From: Clostridia bacterium
GTDB taxonomy: Bacteria > Bacillota > Clostridia > UMGS1883 > UMGS1540
NCBI GenBank assembly: GCA_045577075.1
Contig: JAZNHR010000025.1
Coordinates: 1-63,135, forward strand
Reading direction: 5' to 3'
Length of the DNA: 63,135 nt
The translations under genes and the position numbers were made by a program. Below, one piece after another: positions 1-8,203 of this stretch. The notes under the pieces were generated by a model, which was not told the origin of the DNA, made no database searches, and was given only the letters and a program-made list of their open reading frames with translations. Each line of letters begins with the position of its first letter. Position 1 is the stretch's first letter.

Positions 1-111
1 CCTCCTTTTCTTGTCTTTAGTATAGCAGAAAAAAAGCCCTTTTGCAATTCGCAAAATGTCAAAAGTTTTTGCCCATGTTTTGTTGAAATGGGAGAAAAAG
101 AGGAAAAGGTA

Positions 112-141
112 TTTACAAAGGTAAATATTGTATGATATAAT
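112..141 (+). promoter_or_regulatory. sigma-A-type promoter upstream of lipoprotein gene
   Basis: TTTACA (112-117), 18-nt spacer, extended -10 TGaTATAAT (133-141). Confidence 0.5.
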
Positions 142-215
142 CAATATGTTGTTTCGTTGCAAAGCGTTTTGCAGCGGGACTTTTTTGTGCAGACAAATGG
201 AAAGGAAGAAAAAAC

Positions 216-935
216 ATGCGAAAAACTATAAGTGGTATCCTGGTGGGCGTGCTTGCACTCAGCCTATGTGCTTGCGGCACGGGGGAAGAAGAGGAGAAGA
301 ATTCCTCAAAAAATAAGAAGCTTGATTCTGTCCATTATACAATTGAGCGGGAGGATGCATCGGTCAAGGACGCAGGCGGCAATTACATTTTACAGGCGTT
401 TTATGACAGCGTGGTGATAAAAGAGGAAGGCGATGTTGCGGATAAAATAAACGAACAAATTAAAGAAGCCGCCGATGCTTTTATGCACGAAGCACGTGAG
501 CGCGCTGCATTTGCGAAGGAAATGGCATCTTACGGCAGGGTACATAAGCACTACGCCGAGGCGGAAGTTGTGACAAACGCAAACGGCATCTTGAGTATTC
601 GCCTGACGAAAAACTTCTATAGCGGCGGCGCACAGGACGTGGACACCATTGCCGGCATGAATTTCAATTTGGAAACGGGCGAGAAACTTACCCTTGAGGA
701 CGTTTTTGATATGCCGGAGGAAAGAGTAATCGCGTTTTTGAAGACCCAGACAACAAACTATGCATCGGACAATCCCCACCTTCTCGCCGGAGTCAATGCG
801 CTGATTGATGGCTATACCGCTGAAGAACACTTTAATTACTATATACAGGGAGATGTGCTGTACCTCTGTTATCCTCCGGACTCCTTTGGCCCGAGATCCA
901 TGGGGACAATTATCGTGGAGTGCCCCATTCGGTAA
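216..935 (+). CDS. lipoprotein, DUF3298/DUF4163 (RsiV/PdaC-like) domain
   Basis: 239-aa ORF. Signal peptide with lipobox LSLCAC-G. Motifs FYSGGAQ and NFNLETGEKLTLEDVF are typical of DUF3298. Confidence 0.7.
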   Translation: MRKTISGILVGVLALSLCACGTGEEEEKNSSKNKKLDSVHYTIEREDASVKDAGGNYILQAFYDSVVIKEEGDVADKINEQIKEAADAFMHEARERAAFAKEMASYGRVHKHYAEAEVVTNANGILSIRLTKNFYSGGAQDVDTIAGMNFNLETGEKLTLEDVFDMPEERVIAFLKTQTTNYASDNPHLLAGVNALIDGYTAEEHFNYYIQGDVLYLCYPPDSFGPRSMGTIIVECPIR

Positions 936-980
936 GAAGTGCGAAAACGCAAAATTAGACCTGTAACGAAAGGAAAAACA

Positions 981-1181
981 ATGGAAGAACTGATCCAAAG
1001 AATAAATTTTCTTGCCCGTAAATCGAGAGAACAGGGGCTTTCCGAAGAAGAGAAAGCCGAGCAGGCTCTCCTTCGAAAAAAATACATTCAGGCTTTTCGG
1101 CAAGGTATGGAGAATACCATGGAAGGCGTGTATGTGATAGATAAAGATGGGAACAAGAAAAAGATAGAAAAAAGAAAATAA
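981..1181 (+). CDS. DUF896/UPF0291 family protein (YnzC-like)
   Basis: In-frame ATG at 981 after GAAAGGAAAAACA. The 66-aa product MEELIQRINFLARKS..EEEKAEQ..LR..Y...FR follows the B. subtilis YnzC pattern. The track start at 939 is probably too early. Confidence 0.75.
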   Translation: MEELIQRINFLARKSREQGLSEEEKAEQALLRKKYIQAFRQGMENTMEGVYVIDKDGNKKKIEKRK

Positions 1182-1185
1182 AGAA

Positions 1186-1216
1186 AAAGGGAAATCGCAA
1201 TGCGATTTCCCTTTTT
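1186..1216. terminator. bidirectional intrinsic terminator between the ynzC-like gene and hppA
   Basis: Perfect 14-bp inverted repeat AAAGGGAAATCGCA/TGCGATTTCCCTTT, flanked by A-run and T-run. Confidence 0.75.
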
Positions 1217-1227
1217 GAATACTTGGT

Positions 1228-3333
1228 TTAGAAAAGACGAATACTGGCGAATAAGCTGCCGAGCGTGTTTGCAACTGTAGACATCATCTTAATGAAGATA
1301 TCAAGGGCTACGCCGACAACGTCCTTACGCGTGTCACCAATGGTGTCACCGGTAACAGCAGCCTTATGTGCTGCGCTGCCTTTACCGTGACCCTGGAGTG
1401 CGCCACTTTCAATATACTTTTTCGCATTATCAAATGCACCGCCGGAGTTACCCATAAAGAGTGCACGGGGAATAGCACAAATCGTTGCACCAACGAGAAG
1501 ACCGCCGACAAATTCCATGCCGAATAGAATACCGCCAACAATGGGGATAAGCAATGCCAAAACAGAGGGCAGAAGCATCTTGCGAAGCGCCTGCTGTGCA
1601 GCAAGCTGTACACAGCGGTTATAGTCAGGCTTTACCGTGCCTTCCAGTACACCGGGGATAGAAAGCTGTCTGTCGCCTTCCTTTGCCATAAACTGGGCGG
1701 CATCAATGGTGTTATCGGTAAGAAGGGCGGAGAAGTATTCAATCAGCGCACCGCCGATGATACCGCCTGCGATAACAACGAAGGAAGCCATATTCAGGAC
1801 AGGATCTCCGGTGCCATTTGAAATAAAGCTCTGTACATAAGCTACGATGAGAGAAACTGTGGCAAATGCAGCGGAACCGATTGCAAAGCCCTTACCGATT
1901 GCGGCCGTGGTGTTACCGACAGAGTCAAGCTTATCGGTGATAACGCGAACGTCAGCGGGAAGGTGGCAGGATTCTGCAAGACCGCCGGCATTATCCGCAA
2001 TGGGGCCAAACGCGTCAATAGAAACGGTTGCGCCTACGAATGCAAGCATACCGAGTGCGGAAAGTGCAATGCCGTATGTACCGCAAAGCCAACCGGAAGC
2101 AAATAAAGCAACACCGATCAGCAAAATGGGAAACAGGCAGGAACGGGAGCCGACAGCGTCACCCTTTGTAACGATGAAGGCTTCTCCTTCGGGTGCCATT
2201 TCCGCAAGGCGACGGGTGGGTTTGAAGTCAGCACTGGTGTAGTATTCTGTCAGCATGCCGATGGCAACGCCACAGATAACGCCTAAAACGCTGCAAATCC
2301 AGGGCGTCAGCCAACCGCAGGTGAAGTATTCGGGAAGTGTCTGCCCATTAAAAATCAGGTAGGAAGCGCCAAGACCCAAGAGAGACGTAAGACCTGCAGA
2401 AATGTAGGTTGCAAGGTTGAGTTCCTTGGAAGGATTGTCACCCATTTTACGAATTGCCGCAAAGCCGAGACCGAGGAGGCAGCTGAGCATACCGCAGCCA
2501 GCGAGCACAACGGGGAACACCCATGCAGATGTAAACATTTCGCCGCTAAAGAGGGAAAGTGCCAAGATGATTGCTGCGGAAATGGTCGCAACAAAGCTTT
2601 CCAGAAGGTCGGAGCAGTTACCGGCAATATCGTTTACGTTGTCACCGATAAAGTCTGCTACAACGTTGGGAACGCGGCTGTCATCTTCCGGCATATCGTT
2701 ACGTACTTTTGCCAGAATATCGGAAGAAATGTCAGCAGCCTTTGTGTAGTTACCGCCGGCTACACGGTTAAACATTGCAACGAGAGAGCAGCCGAGGGAA
2801 TACGTTGTAATTCGCATAACGATGGGGTTTGCGCCAAGGCTTGTGATAAAGCCGGTTCCTTCGGTGGGACCGTCAAAGCCCCAGGCGAACAGGACAACCA
2901 GAAGGCCGAAAAGGCCGAGTGCTTGTACGCTAAGACCGCTGATGCTGCCGCCGCAAAGGGCAACCTTTACAGTTTCGCCGATGGAGCGGCTTTCCAGTGC
3001 TTTGTTGGCAGTTCGTACGTTTGCATAGGTTGCACTGCGCATACCAAGGATGCAAACGAAACTGCTCATGAGTGCGCCGATAATCAGTGTAAGACCGGCG
3101 GTCTTTTCGATAAACAGGGAGAAAAGCGCTGCAACAATAATTACAACAATGGCGATCGCCTTAAATTCCGTTTTGAGGAATGTGGATGCACCATCGCGGA
3201 TAATGCCGGCCATTTCAACCATCTCGTCCGTGCCTTCACGCATTTTGCGAATGCGGATAAAATTAAAGAAAACATAGGCGAGTGCTAAAATGACAACAGC
3301 AAAAAGAATGCCTAAAATTGTCGTGGTGTTCAT
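1228..3333 (-). CDS. hppA: membrane-bound ion-translocating pyrophosphatase (M-PPase), divergent
   Basis: 701 aa, multi-TM. Motifs YTKAADISSD, PEDDSRVPNVVADFIGDNVNDIAG, DNAGGLAE, GNTTAAIGKGFAIGSAA, GGAFDNAKKYIE. Confidence 0.9.
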   Translation of the reverse strand: MNTTTILGILFAVVILALAYVFFNFIRIRKMREGTDEMVEMAGIIRDGASTFLKTEFKAIAIVVIIVAALFSLFIEKTAGLTLIIGALMSSFVCILGMRSATYANVRTANKALESRSIGETVKVALCGGSISGLSVQALGLFGLLVVLFAWGFDGPTEGTGFITSLGANPIVMRITTYSLGCSLVAMFNRVAGGNYTKAADISSDILAKVRNDMPEDDSRVPNVVADFIGDNVNDIAGNCSDLLESFVATISAAIILALSLFSGEMFTSAWVFPVVLAGCGMLSCLLGLGFAAIRKMGDNPSKELNLATYISAGLTSLLGLGASYLIFNGQTLPEYFTCGWLTPWICSVLGVICGVAIGMLTEYYTSADFKPTRRLAEMAPEGEAFIVTKGDAVGSRSCLFPILLIGVALFASGWLCGTYGIALSALGMLAFVGATVSIDAFGPIADNAGGLAESCHLPADVRVITDKLDSVGNTTAAIGKGFAIGSAAFATVSLIVAYVQSFISNGTGDPVLNMASFVVIAGGIIGGALIEYFSALLTDNTIDAAQFMAKEGDRQLSIPGVLEGTVKPDYNRCVQLAAQQALRKMLLPSVLALLIPIVGGILFGMEFVGGLLVGATICAIPRALFMGNSGGAFDNAKKYIESGALQGHGKGSAAHKAAVTGDTIGDTRKDVVGVALDIFIKMMSTVANTLGSLFASIRLF

Positions 3334-3340
3334 GTCGTTT

Positions 3341-3640
3341 TTACCTCCATAAAATTTCTTTTGTTACATATGTAACGTGATTTGCTTTCGAAGCGGAGTC
3401 GCGTTCGATAAAAAGGGTGAAGTCTTTGTGTTCTTTCATAACCGTAGCAGGGACCATGTTGTTGGGTTTCTGTGTCATGGTGTCGCAAATTGCATTTGCC
3501 TTTACAGGATGGGATGCGCCGGTAGAGAGAATAACACGGGCTTCGCCTTTTTCAGTGGTTGCATTTCAGAGAATTTCTGCAATCCGTTTTGCAACCTTTT
3601 CCCCGAGATACGTGGGGTTTTCGCGGATGCGAATTTCTAT
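3341..3640 (-). pseudogene. internally deleted relic of a nagB-like glucosamine-6-phosphate deaminase/6-phosphogluconolactonase gene
   Basis: Minus-frame translation IEIRIRENPTYLGEKVAKRIAEIL*NATTEKGEARVILSTGASHPV...NMVPATVMKEHKDFTLFIERDSAS matches the NagB N-terminus (..LGLATGxTP) and C-terminus (PASxLxxHxxVTxxxDxxAAS). ATA sits where ATG is expected, there is an in-frame TGA at 3566-3568, and about 170 central codons are missing. Confidence 0.55.
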
Positions 3641-3679
3641 AAAAACAACAACTCCTTTCACAAAACAAAATTTGGTAAA

Positions 3680-3708
3680 ATTATATCATAGTATTACCGC
3701 GGTGTCAA
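3680..3708 (-). promoter_or_regulatory. consensus sigma-A promoter driving the nagB relic and hppA
   Basis: Minus strand: TTGACA (3708-3703), 17-nt spacer, TATAAT (3685-3680). Confidence 0.65.
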
Positions 3709-3754
3709 GCTTTATCGGATTTTTTCGCAAAATCTTTTCCTATTAAAATAAAAG

Positions 3755-3779
3755 AAGTCACTGCTTTTCGCAGTGACTT
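3755..3779 (-). terminator. intrinsic terminator downstream of aconitase gene
   Basis: 10-bp stem AAGTCACTGC/GCAGTGACTT with 5-nt loop. T-rich tract follows on the minus strand. Confidence 0.7.
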
Positions 3780-3793
3780 TTTAGGTAATTTTT

Positions 3794-5719
3794 TTAAGCG
3801 TTTTGCTTTGTGTAATTGAGAAGCCCGCCGGCCTTCATAATTGCTTTCTGGCGGTCTGACAGGGACAGGGTCGTCTTAAATTCCGTGCCGCGGGTTACGT
3901 TCTTTACAGTAATGACGTCACCTGCCATAAGCTGGGAGGGAGCATCTTTAATTTCCAGCACATCGTTTAAGGAAATTGTATCGTAATCCGCCTCGTTTCC
4001 GAAGGTGAGGGGTAAAATGCCGGAGTTTATCAGATTTGCCATATGAATACGTGCAAAGCTCTTTGCAATAACGGCACGAACGCCCAGGTATAACGGCACA
4101 AGCGCGGCGTGTTCACGGCTGGAGCCCTGACCGTAGTTGGACCCGCCGACGATGATGCCGCCGCCGTTTTCTTTGGCACGGGTAGGGAAGTCAGGGTCAC
4201 AGGGGGTCAGGCAGAAGGAGGAAAGGTGCGGAATGTTGGAACGGAAGGGGAGAAGGGAAGCGTTAGACGGCATAATATGGTCCGTCGTAATATTATCCTC
4301 TACTTTAATTAAAACCTTGCCGTCTACCGTATCTGCCATGGGCTTATTGATGGGAAATTCTTTAATGTTGGGGCCGCGTACCACTTCGGGCTCCTGACCT
4401 TCCGGGGCAGGGGCAACCACCATGTTGTCATTTGTATAGAAAGCCTCGGGCATTTCCACTTCCAGTCTTTCACCAAGAAGAGACGGGTCGGTAAGGGTAC
4501 CGCAAATTGCAGAAAGTGCCGCCGTTTCCGGGCTTACAATATAAACCTGGGCAGACTTTGTGCCGCTTCTGCCTTCAAAGTTACGGTTGTTGGTACGAAG
4601 GGAAATAGCACCCGTCTTCGGAGCCTGTCCCATACCGATACAGGGACCGCAGGCACATTCTAAGATTCTGGCGCCGGCGTCAATCATATCGGCAAGCGCA
4701 CCGTTTTCTGCCAGCATGTGAAGAACTTGTTTGGAGCCGGGGCCGATAACAAGACTGACGTTCGGGTGTACGGTTTTTCCCTTTAAAATGGCCGCCGTCT
4801 TCATCATATCCGTATAAGAAGAGTTTGTGCAGCTACCGATAAACACCTGGTCTACGGGCAGACCGCCAAGCTCGCTGACGCGTTTTACATTGTCGGGGCT
4901 GTGGGGCATTGCAGTGAGCGAAACGAGAGAAGAAAGGTCAATGGTGATTTCTTCGTCGTATACGGCATCATCGTCTGCAAAGAGGGGGGTGAAATCTTCC
5001 TCGCGGCCCTGTGCACGGAGAAATGCACGGGTAACCTCGTCACTGGGGAAGACGGACGTGGTGGCGCCAAGTTCTGCGCCCATGTTGGTGATGGTAGCGC
5101 GTTCGGGAACGGAAAGGGTGGCAGCACCTTCGCCGGCGTATTCAATAATTTTGCCTACGCCCCCTTTAACGCTTAAAATGCGAAGGACCTCTAAAATGAC
5201 GTCCTTTGCAGAAACCCAGCCGGAGAGCCTTCCGGTAAGGTTTACGCGCACGATTTTCGGCATGGATAAAAAGTATGCGCCGCCGCCCATGGCAACTGCA
5301 ACATCCAGCCCGCCTGCACCGATTGCCAGCATGCCAATGCCGCCGCCGGTGGGGGTGTGGCTGTCAGAACCGAGAAGGGTTGCACCCGGCACGCCGAACC
5401 GTTCAAGATGTACCTGGTGGCAAATGCCGTTGCCGGGACGGGAAAAATAAATGCCGTGCTTTGAAGTAACCGTTTGAATATATTTATGGTCATCCGCGTT
5501 TTCGAAACCGGCCTGAATGGTATTGTGGTCGATATATGCCACGGATTTTTTCGTCTTTACCTTTGGAATGCCCATGGCTTCAAATTGCAGATATGCCATA
5601 GTACCGGTGGAGTCCTGCGTCAGCGTTTGGTCGATGCGAATGGAAATTTCACTGCCTGCCTTCATTTCGCCGGACACAAGATGCGATTGGATAATTTTCT
5701 GTGCCAGAGTAAGTCCCAT
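3794..5719 (-). CDS. aconitate hydratase (short, 641-aa clostridial type)
   Basis: Fe-S ligand context IGSCTNSS and ACGPCIGMG. C-terminal swivel domain with GSSREHAA. Confidence 0.9.
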   Translation of the reverse strand: MGLTLAQKIIQSHLVSGEMKAGSEISIRIDQTLTQDSTGTMAYLQFEAMGIPKVKTKKSVAYIDHNTIQAGFENADDHKYIQTVTSKHGIYFSRPGNGICHQVHLERFGVPGATLLGSDSHTPTGGGIGMLAIGAGGLDVAVAMGGGAYFLSMPKIVRVNLTGRLSGWVSAKDVILEVLRILSVKGGVGKIIEYAGEGAATLSVPERATITNMGAELGATTSVFPSDEVTRAFLRAQGREEDFTPLFADDDAVYDEEITIDLSSLVSLTAMPHSPDNVKRVSELGGLPVDQVFIGSCTNSSYTDMMKTAAILKGKTVHPNVSLVIGPGSKQVLHMLAENGALADMIDAGARILECACGPCIGMGQAPKTGAISLRTNNRNFEGRSGTKSAQVYIVSPETAALSAICGTLTDPSLLGERLEVEMPEAFYTNDNMVVAPAPEGQEPEVVRGPNIKEFPINKPMADTVDGKVLIKVEDNITTDHIMPSNASLLPFRSNIPHLSSFCLTPCDPDFPTRAKENGGGIIVGGSNYGQGSSREHAALVPLYLGVRAVIAKSFARIHMANLINSGILPLTFGNEADYDTISLNDVLEIKDAPSQLMAGDVITVKNVTRGTEFKTTLSLSDRQKAIMKAGGLLNYTKQNA

Positions 5720-5767
5720 TTTATGTACCTCCTAGATATTTAAAGCAGCGCCGCTGTGGGCGCCGCC

Positions 5768-5935
5768 TTACAGCTTGTTTTCTTCTGACCAGTGGCGCAT
5801 ACGAACCACGTTTTCCTCGCTGGGCCTTGCAGCCTGCGTATCTTTGTCCCGATACGCTTCCTCTGCGAGGGCATACGTGTCATACGGCTGTGGATTTTTT
5901 CGTTTTTCGTTCTTTTTCTTTTCCGGCAATGCCAT
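5768..5935 (-). CDS. small conserved protein, DUF3787-like (55 aa)
   Basis: Not in the track (under 60 aa). ATG preceded by GGAAAGGAG. Product is MALPEKKKNEKRKNPQPYDTYALAEEAYRDKDTQAARPSEENVVRMRHWSEENKL. The PSEENV..R.WSEENK tail resembles small clostridial DUF3787 proteins. Confidence 0.55.
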   Translation of the reverse strand: MALPEKKKNEKRKNPQPYDTYALAEEAYRDKDTQAARPSEENVVRMRHWSEENKL

Positions 5936-5990
5936 CGCTCCTTTCCGGGCTTAGCATTTGCCGTTTTAACTGAATTATTCCTAAAATAAA

Positions 5991-6009
5991 CTGCCTCGAT
6001 GCGAGGCAG
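5991..6009 (-). terminator. intrinsic terminator after the S1-domain gene
   Basis: CTGCCTCG-ATG-CGAGGCAG hairpin. TTTATTTT follows on the minus strand. Confidence 0.6.
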
Positions 6010-6026
6010 AATCTTTTATATACAAG

Positions 6027-6449
6027 TTAGTTATTTCCGCGACGGGAAATGGTGCGGCGCGGCTCGTTGCCTCGTCTTATGGACTGCATGCGTTCATCGC
6101 TTTCGTGCTTAAACTGCAGTAGTTTATCTTCAAAACTGTCTCCGGAGGTGTCTCGCTTTTTAGACCAGTCATATTCCATAGGCTGGGTACGGCGCGGCTG
6201 CAAAGGTTTTTCCTCCATGGTGGCCTTTTTAATGGAAAGTGCAATTTTTCCACTCGGCTCAATTGTCATGATTTTCACACGAACAGTTTGTCCTTCTTTC
6301 AAAAAGTCATGAATGTCTTTTACAAAGGCTACAGCAACCTCCGAGATATGTACAAGCCCCGTTTTGCCGTCACCAAGACTTACGAATGCTCCGAAATTCG
6401 TGATTCCTTCTACACGACCTTCGACAATTTTTCCAACCTCAAGCGCCAT
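6027..6449 (-). CDS. yabR: S1 RNA-binding domain protein (YabR-like)
   Basis: N-terminal S1 fold VGKIVEGRVEGITNFGAFVSL..GLVHISEV. Position downstream of divIC matches B. subtilis. Confidence 0.85.
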   Translation of the reverse strand: MALEVGKIVEGRVEGITNFGAFVSLGDGKTGLVHISEVAVAFVKDIHDFLKEGQTVRVKIMTIEPSGKIALSIKKATMEEKPLQPRRTQPMEYDWSKKRDTSGDSFEDKLLQFKHESDERMQSIRRGNEPRRTISRRGNN

Positions 6450-6512
6450 AAATTTACCGGTCTCCCTTCGGAAAATAAAGTATAAAGGGTCTTTACCGAA
6501 ATGAGAACAACC

Positions 6513-6815
6513 CTAACGTCCCGTTACGTCTACGAAAACCGTTTCATCCGGCAGGACAAGCCCCAGCTTCTCCCGGGCGACCTTTTCGATATATGCATCG
6601 GATTTAGAGAGCCCTTCCAAGTCCTGTACCTGGGCAAGACGACCTTCCGCTTCTGCAATGTCCGCTTCCAGCTGTGAAATCTGAGAATCAGACTCGCGGA
6701 GAGAAACCTGCTGCCCAATCAGCGCGTAAGAAAGGTAAAGGACAAGCGCTACCATAAGACAGACGTGCATATTTAATTTTCTTTTTGATTTCGCTTGACT
6801 TTTTCTCTTGTTCAT
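6513..6815 (-). CDS. divIC: septum formation initiator (FtsB/DivIC family)
   Basis: 100 aa. Single TM followed by a coiled coil, with a C-terminal EKVAREKLGLV.PDE motif. Confidence 0.85.
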   Translation of the reverse strand: MNKRKSQAKSKRKLNMHVCLMVALVLYLSYALIGQQVSLRESDSQISQLEADIAEAEGRLAQVQDLEGLSKSDAYIEKVAREKLGLVLPDETVFVDVTGR

Positions 6816-6872
6816 TTCTAAAACCCCACTTTTACTTATTATAGCGTAAAAAACTAAATTTGTAAAGACTTT

Positions 6873-7370
6873 TTAATACATTTTTCGTCTTTTTTTGAAT
6901 TTTTTTATACCGCACCAAAAATGTTCCCATTTGCCATAAATTTTTCTTTTCAAACTATGAAGAATGCGGCCCCAAAAACGGAAAATCGGTCGAAGGGCGC
7001 GGCACAAGATGATAAGCGGAAATAGGAGCACGCGGAAAACAAATCGGCAGAACAAGAAAAACCCGTTGGCAAGGGCCGTGAAAAACCGCACCATATGATC
7101 CCGAAAAATAAGGTGGTAGAGAAGTGCCCCCAATAGAATACCGCAAAAAATGTACCAGCGTGGCTGGCCGTAGTTGACGCGGTACATAAAGAAAAAGGCG
7201 GCGCAGGCAAAAAAGAGCCAGAACACCATGTCCTGCACGCCCACAAAGACGGTGCTGCTTTTCACAAGCCGCCGCAGGGTGCGAAACAAATCGAAAAAAA
7301 CGCCTGTCAACGCACCGCCTATGAGGGACAGCAGGAATACGTGAAGCTCGCTTGTAACAGAAATGGCCAC
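6873..7370 (-). CDS. yabQ: spore cortex biosynthesis protein YabQ
   Basis: 165-aa multi-TM protein immediately downstream of yabP. Conserved synteny. Confidence 0.8.
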   Translation of the reverse strand: MAISVTSELHVFLLSLIGGALTGVFFDLFRTLRRLVKSSTVFVGVQDMVFWLFFACAAFFFMYRVNYGQPRWYIFCGILLGALLYHLIFRDHMVRFFTALANGFFLFCRFVFRVLLFPLIILCRALRPIFRFWGRILHSLKRKIYGKWEHFWCGIKKFKKRRKMY

Positions 7371-7374
7371 GTCT

Positions 7375-7686
7375 TTAGCGGAACATACGCGCGAGGAAGC
7401 TCATGCCTTTGGATTTGCCGCCCGCTGCATCGCTGTATACAAGGGAATCCACTTGTCCCTCAATGGCAACTTCTCCCGTTTCTACCGAAAGCTTGTTTAT
7501 GTGCAATTCGCTTCCTTTAATGGTCAGTGTGCCTTCATCGGTAAAGAGGGTGATACTTTCCTCGTCAAAACAGTCTACATCTTCAATGCCGGAGAGAGTC
7601 AGCTTTTTTCTGTTTTCCAAAATCAGATTATGCAGCACTTCTTTTGGGGCCGCTTTTGAAAAACGCTTTTCATCTAACATTTGCAA
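7375..7686 (-). CDS. yabP: sporulation protein YabP
   Basis: 103 aa. Motifs HNLILENRKKLTLSGIEDVDCFDE and ITLFTDEGTLTIKG are typical of YabP. Confidence 0.9.
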   Translation of the reverse strand: MQMLDEKRFSKAAPKEVLHNLILENRKKLTLSGIEDVDCFDEESITLFTDEGTLTIKGSELHINKLSVETGEVAIEGQVDSLVYSDAAGGKSKGMSFLARMFR

Positions 7687-7868
7687 CTTCCTTTCTTTGG
7701 GTGATTGTATATTAAATATATGGCAGGACGGGTTTGTTTAGAACAAAAATACATATTTTTCAGGGCATAAAACCACAGATACAGGAAAGATACATTCTCG
7801 GTTTTTGCCGTTTTTTCGGCATTTATGCGTATGGGATTATAAAAAAACAAAAAAAATATATTTTTTTC

Positions 7869-7897
7869 TTGACAAACGAAATAATTTGTAGTATACT
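7869..7897 (+). promoter_or_regulatory. consensus sigma-A promoter of tRNA-Met/tRNA-Glu operon
   Basis: TTGACA (7869-7874), 17-nt spacer, TATACT (7892-7897). Confidence 0.75.
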
Positions 7898-7926
7898 AAT
7901 ATCTGCGCTTAAGCGATAGGTCATGT

Positions 7927-8003
7927 GGCGGTGTAGCTCAGTTGGCTAGAGCAAACGGTTCATACCCGTTAGGTCGGTGGTTCGAGCCCACTCGCCGCTA
8001 CCA
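7927..8003 (+). tRNA. tRNA-Met (CAT), elongator type
   Basis: Cloverleaf with acceptor GGCGGTG/CGCCGCT, anticodon stem AACGG/CCGTT, loop TTCATAC, T-loop GGTTCGAGCC, encoded CCA. Lacks the initiator GGG/CCC anticodon stem. A tRNA-Ile2 (lysidine) identity cannot be fully excluded. Confidence 0.9.
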
Positions 8004-8009
8004 TCATTT

Positions 8010-8084
8010 GGCCCCTTGGTCAAGCGGTTAAGACATCGCCCTTTCACGGCGGTAACACGAGTTCGATTCTCGTAGGGGTCACCA
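8010..8084 (+). tRNA. tRNA-Glu (TTC)
   Basis: GGCCCCTTGGTCAAGCGGTTAAGAC..CCCTTTCACGG..GTTCGATTC..GGGGTCACCA. Anticodon loop CTTTCAC. Confidence 0.95.
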
Positions 8085-8087
8085 AAA

Positions 8088-8118
8088 AAAGAGCACTTCG
8101 AAAGAAGTGCTCTTTTTT
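8088..8118 (+). terminator. intrinsic terminator of the tRNA operon
   Basis: AAAGAGCACTTC-GAAA-GAAGTGCTCTTT followed by a T-run. Confidence 0.85.
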
Positions 8119-8203
8119 CATATCGAATAATCTGTGAATTTTTGGTAAAATTTTAGCTATTTCTTTACTGCTTATATGTTATAATAAGATGGGAGGGAAA
8201 AGT

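Noticed and set aside
20-40. Shared 15-mer TAGTATAGCAGAAAA at 20-34 and 31508-31522
   Set aside because: On the minus strand both read TTTTCTGCTATACTA, an extended -10 promoter (TGcTATACT) upstream of minus-strand genes. This is promoter convergence rather than a mobile repeat.
390-1274. 294-aa minus-strand ORF overlapping the lipoprotein and ynzC-like genes
   Set aside because: Antisense shadow of two well-supported plus-strand genes. The sequence is odd and F/L/S-rich with no family resemblance.
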